Source of the DNA: Chloroflexota bacterium | Lineage (GTDB): Bacteria > Chloroflexota > UBA11872 > VXOZ01 | Reading direction: 5' to 3' | Assembly (NCBI GenBank): GCA_965221905.1 | Contig: OZ244922.1 | Coordinates: forward strand, 1,920,001 to 1,984,000 | Length of the DNA: 64,000 nucleotides | Shown: in pieces, positions 28,532 to 39,293 of the stretch | Layout of the letters: each line of letters begins with the position of its first letter | Position numbering within the stretch: the first letter of the stretch is position 1 | The notes under the pieces: generated by a model | Databases searched by the model: none | The model's input: the letters and a program-made list of their open reading frames with translations, nothing else | Told to the model about the DNA's origin: nothing | Translations under genes and position numbers: made by a program

Positions 28532-31384
28532 TTGAATCCCTTACCATGGATCCTTTTCTCACGTTCCTTCATACGGCAACGAGGCGTAACGCAATCGATT
28601 GGGTAGTGCGGCATACGCGGGGGGCCCGGGATCGGGTTGGTGCTGGTAGTGCTGCTGTGCTTGTTCTTCGCCGTGGTTGCGCAGGCGCAGACGGACACTA
28701 GTGAAAGTGGCTCTGGTGATTAGGACAAGGGACCTGGCGTTACCCCGCGGCAGTTCTTTCAGTTACCAATACCGTCTAACGTAAGGGTGGTAGGGTCGAA
28801 CTACACCACAGTTGTGGTGAATTGGGATGCAGTTGATGAAGCTGTCTATCCTCGTATTGAATACATCCGCCTGGAGAGATCAAGCAACAATAGTACTTGG
28901 TCGACTGCCACAACCGTTTCCGGCTATAGCGGCAGCGCAAGCGCAACCGGCCTGTCATGCGGCACGTTGTATTACTTCCGGGTCAGAGCGCTTGGGTATG
29001 TAGAACCAATAGAAGGCGATCCTTCGAGATCGGTATCAGGAAGAACGATTCCATTTCCGCCCCCGGCGCCGAGCGGATTCAGCGGCACCGCTATGGATGC
29101 TGTCATCTCGGCGAGTTGGAGTCCAGTGAATAATGGAGTTGGAATCAGTCGCTACAACTTTGGTATTCGGAAAGGTAGTTTCTAGCATAGCCGCTCAGTT
29201 GGAACAAGCACAAGCGCGGAAGAGTCCGGACTGACTCCCGCCACCTATAGGATTAGGGTGCAGGCCTGTGGGGACGGGGTGAAGTATTCCACAGATTGTG
29301 GCGTCTTTGCAGAGGTGGATGTAACGGTCGTACCCACACAGACCCCTACCCCCACGCCGACACCTACTACCACACAGACAGCTACCCCCACACCTACGGC
29401 CACACCGACACCTACAACTCCACTTCCGCCACCTCCGCCGCCACCTCCGCCGCCACCACCTCCGCCAACTCCGACGCCACCGGGCCCAATTCCAGGTAAG
29501 CTCGCGACGCCAAGTGGGCTCAAGGTCACACCTCAGACTGTCTTGAGGAATCCGATTGCACGGATAAGCTGGGACCCGGTACCAAACGCTGCCGGCTATT
29601 TGGTTGAATATAAGAGACCCACACTCCAGGTCGTATCGACAAATTCACATGCCATTAGTGTACCGGGTGGTGCACATGTTAGCTTCACAGCTTCAGCATT
29701 TGGCTTATCCACGGATGAACTCTATTGGATTACGGTCACGCCTACGACCGATACGCTCGGGTTCAATGATTCCTGTTCTGACAGGAAAGAGCAGAGGTTG
29801 TACAGCGGCGTGGCGGATACTTCTCTCGACTTGACCGTGTACGCCTGCGGAGTCACTTCAGGGATTGTGGAAGTTGAGGTGAATAGATTCTATTGGCCTG
29901 CTGACTTCACCGCATTGAAATTCCCTGGGCAGGATACATCTAGTTGGGATTTCAACATAGATCAGTTTAGTTTTGACAAGGGTAATAACAGTAGTTTTGC
30001 CCTGCAAGTTCGAGTAGCAGCCATAAACGCTAGCACGTTGACGATGAGCACTTCTACTCCTGTTCCCGGGGAACCAGAAAACAGTGATCCGAGCGAAACG
30101 ATAGTCCTTATTGATACGCCAATAATACGGGCTGACGGGAACAACGCACAGGCATCCCTAAAGTGGGCTCCGATTGAAAGCATACTGGGGACGGCATACA
30201 GTGGAGGCACATACTCATTCCGTTACGGCATGTTCGGCGAACATGTGGTGACAATAAGGAATTCGGATCCAAGTGATTCGTTGGAATTTGTACAAGGATT
30301 CACGCATACAGAATTAGGCTGGCAACCAAGCACCCTTGGGTCGTTTTCAAGCAGTGCTCCAATTAGAAATACAGTCCACACTATCACCGGCCTAAACTCT
30401 GAAGAAATCTACGCAATTCAGTTGATTTACACGCCGAGCGGAGCAGGCTTGCCGGCCCGCGTATATGCCGGTCGGTATGTGTACGTCTACCCGTCATCGA
30501 CCGGCCCCATAGACGACGACCCCAATGACGGATATGCGCCACGGGTCGCGACGTTTCCTCTCGAAGTCAGGTTGCCGGCGAACAGGACGTACGGCTATCG
30601 CATCTGCGAAGACACGTTTCCCGCTGACAAGAGAGCCGCTTGGAGGAACCTCATCGTACACGCATTTGAACAGTGGGAACTGGCTACGGACGGTTTGGTT
30701 ACCATGACCCATGAGGGCAGTCAATGCGCTGATCATTCGGCTGAACACAGTAGCGCTGTAGCAGCGATGCAGCAAATGACAGCCGAAACACTCACGTCCC
30801 AGCAGAGCACTATGGTCGAGAGTTTCATAGGGACGTTAGGCACCTACACCTTTGCACTGGACAAAGACCGCGAACTCAATGAAATCTCCGCACTCGATGA
30901 AAGTGTTTCCCCACATATGTACTATGCAAAGATTGCCGCATCGTCTGAACTCTCGGAGGTCTTTGGGTTCCTGGACTGTACAAGTCCAAAAGCCGGAGGC
31001 TGCGCGCTCTATCACTCTAATATGACTACCGACATCTTCCTCAACGTTCAGAGTTTTGTTGATAAAGGTGCTTCCCTCGACATACCAGACAACCACATCT
31101 GGCACCCTCGTCCGAACCTGGTGTTCCCCGATGCGTGCCTGCCCCATTCACCTGCGTATGAAACCTTGGTTCACGAAGCGGGACATGCTATAGGGATTGG
31201 GGGTGGCGAAGGAGCAAGTCAAGCGAGGAGAGGCCATCCTTTCATACCGTATTCCATTATGAACTATGACAATCTTGTCTATGTTAATGTTGACACCAAC
31301 CCCGAAAAGTCAAGCGAGGATGACTGTGCACCGTACCCATTCGACATAATGGCAATTTTCTCGCTGTACCAGACTGCTCAATGA
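28532..31384 (+). pseudogene. Secreted FN3-domain, Pro/Thr-linker, zinc metalloprotease (metzincin-like) frame interrupted by three TAG codons
   Basis: One frame from TTG 28532 (SD AGGAG) through signal-like LVLVVLLCLFFAVVAQA, FN3-like GLSCGTLYYFRVRA and GLTPATYRIRVQA, PT/polyPro linker, HEAGHAIG and SIMNY; TAG at 28604, 28721, 29183; the 29258-31384 part is open. Confidence 0.72.
29333..29490 (+). repeat. Low-complexity Pro/Thr and poly-proline coding tract
   Basis: (PT)n followed by ~14 consecutive CCN codons with repeated CCGCCACCTCCG units. Confidence 0.85.
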
Positions 31385-33837
31385 ACGGTAGAAGGAACAT
31401 GTGCTTGGCGTTGCGACAGTGGACGGTCATGGTGGCACTGGTGCTGCTGGTTCTAGGTATTGTAGCTTGCGCAGGTTTCGAGACTTCTGAGCCTCTTGAG
31501 ACTGTGCAGCCCAGTGAGAAACTTGCCAAGGATGACGAGAGGAAAGTCAAGATTACCGAAGAGCCGCTATCTTCCTGTGGGTTGTCTTTCCAAGAAAGCA
31601 GGTTACACCATGAAGGCTTTATCGATTGGGTGCCGGGCCTGCTTGCATTTGGGCGCAACAAAGGGCGGGCAGTTAGGGTATTGCAGTTCGTCGACCAGGA
31701 GACGCTCGGGATGCCTACTCCCACTACTATCTTGGCACATTCCGATACTTCGCCAAGGTTCGGAGTCTATGGTGATTTGTCCCCGGACGGCACGCGACTC
31801 GTCTACACGTATTGCGTAAAGAGGGAAGGTGAATTCGAAATTGCCGTGGTCAACCTGAGGAGTAACAAGCAGCTGCGGCTCACGGAGAACCTCTACCTGG
31901 ACCACTACCCGGAATGGTCGCCCGATGGCAAGCGGATTGCGTTTGTCTCCGATGACGAAAACACCTGGAGGTCAGGACTATACACGATGGCGGCGGACGG
32001 AACGGAAGTGCAAAGGTTAACGCCGTCTGAGGAAGGGATCGAACTGGCGCCGCCGGTGTGGTCGCCGGACGGCGAGCGCTTAGCATTTACGATTGCGATG
32101 CGGTCTAGAGAATATCTTAGACTCTATTTGTACACGGTGCGGTCCGATGGGTCGGAGTTGACCAAGATAGTGGAGACGTCGTTTGTAATCCGGCCGCCCG
32201 ATTGGAATGAGTTTGCGCCCGCGGTGCCGGCGTGGTCGCCGGACGGTCAGTTTCTCGCCTTTATCGGGGGTACTGTGGCAAGAGACCATCACAGAGATAA
32301 CAGTACAGTCTATGAAGAGGAAGAAGCAGCCATCTACACGGTGCGGGCCGACGGCACGGACCTACGCCAGGTGTTCGCCATGAAACCGCACGGGCCTTTG
32401 CCAGATGCTATAGGTGCTAGGCTTGCCGCTGGTGAATTCTACCCCTATTTTCCCAAGATTTCCCAAGTGCTGTGGTCGCCGGACGGACAGGATCTGCTCT
32501 TCTTCGCCAACGGCGCGCATTTGATCAATGTCGACGGCAGCAACCTGCGGCGGCTTAGTCCACCAGTACTGGAAGGCGTGGCAGCGTGGTCGCCAGACGG
32601 ATCACGAATCGCCGTCTTCGAGATGGGGAATGCGGAGTCACCGCAGGTGGTTTGGACGGCGGCAGGGCGCTACCGCACCCTTGAACATGTGGTAGGCGAG
32701 AGTGTGCTCCTCACCGTGGCACGCGACGGCTCCGACCTGCAGACGCTTTTGGAAGGAGGGGGTGGTTTCTTCCATTCCAGTGTGCAACCGGCGCAGGTAT
32801 CGGTAGACCTTACTGCGTGTCGGGAAGGGACGGTAGTAACGGAGCCACTGGCGAACCCGGGCTTGGTTGGGGATTGCGAGGCGCTGCTGCTGAGCCGGGA
32901 TATGTTGTCGAACACCCTAAACCTGAAGTGGAATGCTGAGACACCACTTGCGGAGTGGGAAGGGGTGACGCTGGGCGGCGAGTCGCTGCGGGTCCACGAG
33001 GTTAAGCTGGAAAAGATGAACGGCGTGCTACCGCCGGCATTGGGGCAGCTCAGCGAGTTGCGGCGGTTGGAAATTCGCGGGGCTGGGAGCAAACAGAGAA
33101 GACACATAGGCGCCAGATTGAGCGGCGGCATCGCGGCAGAACTAGGCAATTTGCAGAAGCTCGAAGTCTTGGACCTCAGCGGCAACTTCCTGACCGGTTT
33201 CATCCCCGTGGAACTTAGCGGTCTTCAGAGACTTGAGACACTGTGGCTTGAAGACAACTTTCTCAGCGGCTCCATTCCGCCGGAATTGAGCGCGTTGGCA
33301 AGTCTACGTTACCTCAACCTGGGACGCAACAATCTGAGTGGCGGGGTACCGGCAGAGTTGGGCAGCCTCTCTCAGTTGCAGGAACTGCACCTCTGGTCCA
33401 ATCAGTTGACGGGCGGCATTCCGCCGAAGTTGGGAAACCTCACGCAACTTCAGCGGTTGAGCCTATCCGTAAACCGGCTGAGCGGTGAAATACCGCCGGA
33501 GTTGGGCAACCTCTCCCAAGTCTCTGTATTGTGGCTGAATGACAATCGGCTAACTGGCAGTCTCCCGCCGGAGCTAGGCAGTCTCACACAACTGGTGAAT
33601 TTGTATCTCACGAACAACCAGTTAACTGGGAGCATCCCGGCGGAGATGGGCAACCTGTTGCAACTGGAGAGACTGCACCTCTCATACAACCAATTGAGTG
33701 GGAGCATCCCGCCGGAGCTGAGCAATCTCTCGCAACTGCGCTGGTTGGAACTCTCGGCCAACGGATTGAGTGGGTGCGTAGGAACAGAATTGCCTAACAT
33801 ATGGGTAGAGAGGAGTGATCTGGAGCGGTGCGCGTAG
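31381..33837 (+). CDS. Lipoprotein with TolB/PD40 beta-propeller repeats and plant-type leucine-rich repeats
   Basis: Lipobox IVAC; about six (W)SPDG repeats; nine regular 24-aa LxxLxxLxLxxNxLSGxIPxEL repeats. Confidence 0.9.
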   Translation: MNGRRNMCLALRQWTVMVALVLLVLGIVACAGFETSEPLETVQPSEKLAKDDERKVKITEEPLSSCGLSFQESRLHHEGFIDWVPGLLAFGRNKGRAVRVLQFVDQETLGMPTPTTILAHSDTSPRFGVYGDLSPDGTRLVYTYCVKREGEFEIAVVNLRSNKQLRLTENLYLDHYPEWSPDGKRIAFVSDDENTWRSGLYTMAADGTEVQRLTPSEEGIELAPPVWSPDGERLAFTIAMRSREYLRLYLYTVRSDGSELTKIVETSFVIRPPDWNEFAPAVPAWSPDGQFLAFIGGTVARDHHRDNSTVYEEEEAAIYTVRADGTDLRQVFAMKPHGPLPDAIGARLAAGEFYPYFPKISQVLWSPDGQDLLFFANGAHLINVDGSNLRRLSPPVLEGVAAWSPDGSRIAVFEMGNAESPQVVWTAAGRYRTLEHVVGESVLLTVARDGSDLQTLLEGGGGFFHSSVQPAQVSVDLTACREGTVVTEPLANPGLVGDCEALLLSRDMLSNTLNLKWNAETPLAEWEGVTLGGESLRVHEVKLEKMNGVLPPALGQLSELRRLEIRGAGSKQRRHIGARLSGGIAAELGNLQKLEVLDLSGNFLTGFIPVELSGLQRLETLWLEDNFLSGSIPPELSALASLRYLNLGRNNLSGGVPAELGSLSQLQELHLWSNQLTGGIPPKLGNLTQLQRLSLSVNRLSGEIPPELGNLSQVSVLWLNDNRLTGSLPPELGSLTQLVNLYLTNNQLTGSIPAEMGNLLQLERLHLSYNQLSGSIPPELSNLSQLRWLELSANGLSGCVGTELPNIWVERSDLERCA
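33118..33780 (+). repeat. 72-bp-period coding tandem repeat (LRR array)
   Basis: Recurring CCGCCGGAG(T/C)TGGGCAACCTC-like units at 72-nt spacing. Confidence 0.85.
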
Positions 33838-34052
33838 GGAGAGTGAGGGATCGCGAATGACAGGAATAGAACTTGGGGACCGAAGTTGGTGCGAGAGACC
33901 TTGGCATTGGTAAGGAAACTTGGTAGTCAGGCCAATTGGGAAGTGGGGCATTAAACGGGTGTATGGCCCGCGTAGCCTCGCCCTTCGTTCACACTTGTCC
34001 GAGATACCTCGCATCAAATCGAACACTGCATTCGTGAACTCGAAGCTAAACC

Positions 34053-35159
34053 CTAGGGGCTGGTAAAGCGTGTGGGGTCCCAGTGGGATACGGGCCGCGT
34101 GGTGCGGCCGGTGGTGAGGAGATCTTTGATAACCTCAGCGGTGATTGGGGCTTGTTGAATGCCCAGCTTGTAGTGGCCAACAGCGTAGTAGTAACCGGGG
34201 AGAGCGGACGGACCGACCAGGGGATAGCCGTCCGGGTTGGAAGGGCGGAACCCCGACCACAGTTCTTCAATGGTCGCCGAAGCGAGCTGGGGAATGGCCT
34301 GAATGGCGGCTTGGAGCATGCTCTGGATTGCTCCTGCCGTGTTGCGCCGATCGTATCCTGCCCGCTCGGTCGTTGCTCCCAGGACAATGCGCCCGCTCTT
34401 GCGCGGGATCACGATGTATTGCGGCAGGTTGATGAGGTGGCTTAAGAATACCGAGTCTGAATGCAGCGCGAGCATCTGGCCCCGCTCAGGCTGCACCGGA
34501 ATGTGCTCCGGCGCTCCCTGCAGCGTGCCGCCCCAACTGCCGGTCGCGTTAACGACCGCTCCGGCGCTGATTTCTTGCGTGTCCGCGTGCACTCCGGCCA
34601 CTTTGCCGCCTTCAACCTTTAGCGCGCGGGCATCGCAGCCGGTGAATATGTCTATACCCGCCTTGCGCGCGCCGATCTCCAGCGCACGCAGTAGACGCCG
34701 GTTCTCGATGTTTGCGCATAACGTCACCATGCCGAGCGTAACCGGCGCAGTGATCTCCGGTTGGCGCGCCTGCACTTCGGCGGTACTGATGAATTCACAC
34801 CCAAGGCTTGCCCCATCCAGTTGCGGCTGCAGAGCGCGCATATTGGCTTCATCTTCCGCAGTGAAGGCCAGATGGAGAGCGGGGTGACGAACAGCTTCGA
34901 TGTCGATACCGGTCTCATCGGCGAGTATTGGAGCCAAGGCCAACAGCATTTCGCTACCTTCTACGCGCAGTGCAAAGTCGGCGATGCTTTCGTAGGCGTA
35001 GGGTCTACTCATGAGTACGCCGGCGGACGCCCACGAAGCTTCTTTTCCTACCTCACTGCGCTCTAGGAGTGCCACATCCAGTCCGGCGGCGCGTAAGTCG
35101 CGCGCAATCATGAGTCCGATGATGCCGGCGCCGATTACGGCAACGTCATACGTTTTCAT
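34053..35159 (-). CDS. Glycine oxidase ThiO-like FAD oxidoreductase
   Basis: VIGAGIIG, ASWASAG, RGQM, WSGFRP, GHYKLGI; start placed at MKTYD. Confidence 0.85.
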   Translation of the reverse strand: MKTYDVAVIGAGIIGLMIARDLRAAGLDVALLERSEVGKEASWASAGVLMSRPYAYESIADFALRVEGSEMLLALAPILADETGIDIEAVRHPALHLAFTAEDEANMRALQPQLDGASLGCEFISTAEVQARQPEITAPVTLGMVTLCANIENRRLLRALEIGARKAGIDIFTGCDARALKVEGGKVAGVHADTQEISAGAVVNATGSWGGTLQGAPEHIPVQPERGQMLALHSDSVFLSHLINLPQYIVIPRKSGRIVLGATTERAGYDRRNTAGAIQSMLQAAIQAIPQLASATIEELWSGFRPSNPDGYPLVGPSALPGYYYAVGHYKLGIQQAPITAEVIKDLLTTGRTTRPVSHWDPTRFTSP

Positions 35160-35471
35160 TTTGCTGCCCGCTTTCCTCTTCCCGTACAAGTCTGAGTAAA
35201 ACTCGCCTTGGTCATTCATTCTATTGTACTCGCGCAGCCGCATCTCTCTGCTGTGGAAATGCCTTCGATTCAGTTCTCCGGTTACAAGCTCCACATGCAA
35301 TAGTTACTTCAGCAAGTCCGGACACGGTTAACTTGCAGCCATGAATTACCTTTTCCACGGTTGTGCACATGGTTCAGATAACGAAGTAAGTTTATGGCAT
35401 AATCGAACATGCTGCCACTGGGACGCCGCGACGTTCATGCCAGGATGAAGACCGCATCCGAGGACTCACAA

Positions 35472-36353
35472 ATGCCGTCAAAAGTGCTGTTCGACACCGA
35501 CATCGGCACTGATATCGACGATGCAGTGTGTCTTGCGTACCTGCTGGCTCAGCCTGCATGTAAGTTGCTTGGCATAACCACGGTAAGCGGTGAACCAACC
35601 AAGCGCGCCATGCTGGCGAGTGCATTGTGTCGGGCGGCGGGAAAGGAAGTTCCCATCTACCCTGGCGCGGAAGAGCCGCTGCTCATCGAGCAGAGGCAGC
35701 CGCGGGTGCAGCACGCGGACGCGCTGGGCGATTGGCCGCATGAAGAGAGTTTTCCGCAAGGCGCAGCAGTGGAGTTTTTGCGCCAGACGGTGCGGGCGCA
35801 TCCGGGCGAGGTTACTTTGCTTGCTGTCGGCCCACTGACGAATATCGGCCTCCTTTTTCGCGCAGATCCCGAAATCCCTCGCTTGCTGAAAAGCCTTGTG
35901 CTTATGTGCGGGCAATTCTTCGGGCGCGGAGTGGGACGAGGGCCGGTGGAGTGGAACGCCTCCTGCGATCCTCACGCGGCGGCAATCGTCTACCGGAGTA
36001 CGGTTGCCAGCCATCGCTCGCACGGCCTCGACGTCACGCGGCAAGTTACAATGCCAGCAAAGGAAGTGCGCGCGCGCTTTCGTGCCCCGCTGCTCCGGCC
36101 GGTGGCTGCATTTGCTGAAGTCTTCTTTCAGCGACGAGAGGAAATCACTTTCCACGATCCACTCGCCGCGACGACAATTTTCGATGACAATATCTGCACG
36201 TTCGCTACCGGCAACGTGCAGGTGGAGCTAGAGAGCCGGCAGCTTTCCGGCTTCATGCATTGGCAAGCCTACGACGCTGCCGGTCGTCATCAGGTGGCGG
36301 ACACAGTTGACGCCGATCGGTTCTTTGCACACTATTTCTCAGTTTTCGAGTAA
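35472..36353 (+). CDS. Nucleoside hydrolase (IU-NH family)
   Basis: [33 protein letters not shown]. Confidence 0.92.
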   Translation: MPSKVLFDTDIGTDIDDAVCLAYLLAQPACKLLGITTVSGEPTKRAMLASALCRAAGKEVPIYPGAEEPLLIEQRQPRVQHADALGDWPHEESFPQGAAVEFLRQTVRAHPGEVTLLAVGPLTNIGLLFRADPEIPRLLKSLVLMCGQFFGRGVGRGPVEWNASCDPHAAAIVYRSTVASHRSHGLDVTRQVTMPAKEVRARFRAPLLRPVAAFAEVFFQRREEITFHDPLAATTIFDDNICTFATGNVQVELESRQLSGFMHWQAYDAAGRHQVADTVDADRFFAHYFSVFE

Positions 36354-36363
36354 GGAGAACAGC

Positions 36364-36840
36364 ATGTTCCAAGGCAAAGTGCTCAGTATCTATACCGCGC
36401 CGGTGCGAAAGGCGCCAATGGAAGCGCAACAGGAGGTACGTGTGGTTCCGGGGAAGGGAATTGAAGGCGACCGCTACTTCATCGGAAACGCCACGTACTC
36501 TGACCGTCCGGGGCCGCATCGGGAGCTTACGCTTATCGAACTAGAAACCATCGATGCCCTGGAGCGGGAGTATGGGTACCGCCTTGAGCCTGATCTTTCT
36601 CGCCGTAACCTCTTAGTCTCCGGCGTGCCGCTCAACCACCTCATTGATCGTGAATTTACGATTGGCGGCGTGCGTGTGCGCGGGATTCTCCTCTGCGAGC
36701 CGTGCGCCAACCTCGCGGAAACCAGTGGTCATTCCAACATCATCAACCACATGATGCATCGCGGCGGCCTGCGCGCCGAAATCCTGACCGAGGGCGTCAT
36801 TCAGGTTGGCGCGGATGTCTCGCCGGGCAGCGAAGAGTAG
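36364..36840 (+). CDS. MOSC domain protein
   Basis: GIEGDRY, RRNL, CEPC, RGGLRAEILTEG; SD AAGGAG. Confidence 0.9.
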   Translation: MFQGKVLSIYTAPVRKAPMEAQQEVRVVPGKGIEGDRYFIGNATYSDRPGPHRELTLIELETIDALEREYGYRLEPDLSRRNLLVSGVPLNHLIDREFTIGGVRVRGILLCEPCANLAETSGHSNIINHMMHRGGLRAEILTEGVIQVGADVSPGSEE

Positions 36841-36903
36841 CGCCGCAGGGGCACGAATGGCAGCGTTCTCGGTCGGCGGGAACCCTAAACGGTTAGCGTT
36901 AGA

Positions 36904-37674
36904 CTACGCAGTCTTATATCCCAGCGTGCCGCCGCCGTCAGCGTAGAGTTCAATGCCCGTCACAAAAGACGCTTCATCGGAGACGAGAAATAATGCGGCG
37001 TTTGCCATTTCCTCAGGCGAAGAAATGTAGCCCAGCGGGTGCCGGGCCGCCACGCCGGCGCGCATCTCTTCCGGATTGGGCTGCATGTTGAGAAAGCCTT
37101 CAAACAGCGGTGTTGTGACACTCGCCGGGCAGAGCGTGTTGGCCCGGATACCATACTGGGCGCAGTCCAGCGCCAGAGCTTTCGTAAAGGCGATCACTCC
37201 TCCCTTTGACGTGCAGTAGGCAATCGAGTGGGGTTGCGCATGCACGCCGACCATTGACGCGATGTTCAGAATCACGCCTCTCGTTTCTTTCAAGGTGGGC
37301 AATGCGTATTTGCACGTCCACAAGAGACTCTTGAGGTTGATGTTCATCACGTGGTCCCACTCGGCCTCAGTCGTGTCTTCCACATCCTTATCCACGTAGA
37401 CTGCGGCATTATTCACGAGTATATGCAACGCGCCAAACGCATCCAGAGTTTCTTTCAGCATAGCGCGCACGTCGTCTTCTGAAGCAACGTCGGCTACAAT
37501 TGCGTGTGCCCGCCCGCCTGCCTGCCGGATGGCGGCCGCAGTTGCTTGTGCGCCTAGCTCATTGCGGTCTACTACTGCGATGGCTGCGCCTTCTGCGGCA
37601 AAACGCTTGGCCATGGCCTCTCCAATGCCGCTGCCGCTGCCGGTTATGAGCGCCACCTTGTCACGCAATCTCAT
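36904..37674 (-). CDS. Short-chain dehydrogenase/reductase
   Basis: TGSGSGIG, LVNNAA, YCTSK; SD GAAGGAG. Confidence 0.93.
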   Translation of the reverse strand: MRLRDKVALITGSGSGIGEAMAKRFAAEGAAIAVVDRNELGAQATAAAIRQAGGRAHAIVADVASEDDVRAMLKETLDAFGALHILVNNAAVYVDKDVEDTTEAEWDHVMNINLKSLLWTCKYALPTLKETRGVILNIASMVGVHAQPHSIAYCTSKGGVIAFTKALALDCAQYGIRANTLCPASVTTPLFEGFLNMQPNPEEMRAGVAARHPLGYISSPEEMANAALFLVSDEASFVTGIELYADGGGTLGYKTA

Positions 37675-37802
37675 GCTCATGCTCCTTCGAGTTTGCAGAT
37701 TATGAATTCCTACGGATTCTCGTCTCCACACGCAACGTCAAGTCTCATGTGCAATTATACCGAGTAAAGGCTTATCCTACGTCGGATGGAGGGGATCAAG
37801 GC

Positions 37803-37840
37803 TGACCGCAATTGACGGTCAACTCTGCAGACAGTAGCAT
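37803..37840 (+). promoter_or_regulatory. Promoter with overlapping palindrome upstream of pfk
   Basis: TTGACG-17-TAGCAT (37812-37840) overlapped by near-palindrome TGACCG-CAATTGA-CGGTCA. Confidence 0.45.
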
Positions 37841-37997
37841 GCATTGGGAGCGACGTGCCCACAGTATTGTGGGAGTCCCTGCAAGCACCCAACCAGTGTG
37901 ATTGCCGGCACAACTCCGAAACGGTCCGGCACATTCAGCCACTGCGTGCTTTCGACCAGCTTCAAATTGCCTTTAGGGCGATCAGAGTTTGAGATTC

Positions 37998-39203
37998 ATG
38001 AGCGGCACACTAGTCATCGGACAGTCAGGTGGATCAACCGCAACGCTAAGCGTTACGCTCGCGGGCGTGCTTGAGGCGGCGCTGGAGAGTAGGGCCATAG
38101 ACCGGGTCTATGGTATGTGCAACGGCATTGAAGGCTTGCTGCAAGAGCAATTCGTCGATCTCACCCATGCCCCTACAGAGCTCCTAAGTGCGCTGCGCCG
38201 CACTCCATCTGCCGCCCTTGGGTCATGCCGCTATGCCTTGGCGGAATCAGACGCCGGCCGCGCACTAGACGTGCTGCAGGCGCACGACGTGCGCTACTTC
38301 ATCTATATCGGCGGCAACGGTTCGGCGCTCACCGTGCAGGCAGTCAATCGTTGGGCAACGACGAGCGACTACGAGTTGAACGCTATTGCCGTGCCCAAGA
38401 CTATCGACAATGATCTGTGGGGCACCGACCACACACCGGGCTACGGGAGTGTGGCGCGGTTTGCGGCGCTTGCCGCAATGGACGGCGGATCCGATTCCTG
38501 GGCGCTTCGCAGCCACGACCAAGTCAAGATACTAGAGACGTTTGGCAGGAACACAGGGTGGGTGACTGCGGCGACCGCGCTGGCAAAGCGTGAAGATAGC
38601 GACCCCCCGCATCTGATCTTTGTTCCCGAACGCCCGCTGACTCAGAAACGCTTCCTGGATGACGTCCAAGATGCTTATGACCGCTATGGCTACGTATTTG
38701 TCGCCGTATGTGAGGGGCTGCGCCGACCGGACGGCAGTCTACTCTTTGCCTCGGATCGAGACGTAGACCAGGACGCTTTCGGTAGAGGACAGCTTGGCGG
38801 CGTGAGCAGTTTACTCTCCGAATTGGTTGCAAGTGAATTGGGCCTAAAGAGCCGCACCGACAAGCCCGGCACCATGCAGCGCGCCTGCATTTCCCTCGCC
38901 TCGTCCGTTGACCTTGAAGAGTCTTATCGCGTTGGAAAAGCGGCGGTAGCCGCGGCAGTAAGCGGTGAGACGGGCATGATGATTACCCTAGAACGGACGC
39001 CCGGCGCGGAATACTCGGTTCATGCGGGTCTTATTGCCGTCGATGAAGTAGCAGGCAAGGAGCGCCCGCTGCCTGATGCGTATCTCAATGAAGCGGGGAA
39101 TTTCGTTACAACGGAATTCTTGGACTACGTGCGTCCGTTGATTGGTGAACCGCTGCCGAAGTACGTGCGGCTGCGCGCTTCAACCGTATCGAAGCGGGCC
39201 TAG
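37998..39203 (+). CDS. 6-phosphofructokinase family (PfkA/Pfp) protein
   Basis: GQSGG, LGSCR, IGGNGS, PKTIDND, TPGYGS. Confidence 0.9.
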   Translation: MSGTLVIGQSGGSTATLSVTLAGVLEAALESRAIDRVYGMCNGIEGLLQEQFVDLTHAPTELLSALRRTPSAALGSCRYALAESDAGRALDVLQAHDVRYFIYIGGNGSALTVQAVNRWATTSDYELNAIAVPKTIDNDLWGTDHTPGYGSVARFAALAAMDGGSDSWALRSHDQVKILETFGRNTGWVTAATALAKREDSDPPHLIFVPERPLTQKRFLDDVQDAYDRYGYVFVAVCEGLRRPDGSLLFASDRDVDQDAFGRGQLGGVSSLLSELVASELGLKSRTDKPGTMQRACISLASSVDLEESYRVGKAAVAAAVSGETGMMITLERTPGAEYSVHAGLIAVDEVAGKERPLPDAYLNEAGNFVTTEFLDYVRPLIGEPLPKYVRLRASTVSKRA

Positions 39204-39293
39204 GTTGGGATCCTTTGAGCGCGAGCCAACCGGGATCGCGACGCGCTAAGCAGCCAACTTGCCAACGCCATATAGCAAGAAAGCAACCACTAC

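Noticed and set aside
28532-29185. Genome-wide stop-codon reassignment (TAG or TGA)
   Set aside because: TAG and TGA both terminate many intact genes in this window (e.g. 3138, 12603, 19960, 25915); no pyl or sel genes seen.
33118-33780. CRISPR array or diversity-generating retroelement target
   Set aside because: The periodicity is an in-frame 72-nt LRR repeat; no invariant repeats with spacers, cas genes, reverse transcriptase or template repeat.
34053-35300. thiO gene symbol and the 415-aa long start
   Set aside because: No thiS/thiG or TPP riboswitch nearby; the extension precedes the Rossmann motif and looks non-coding.
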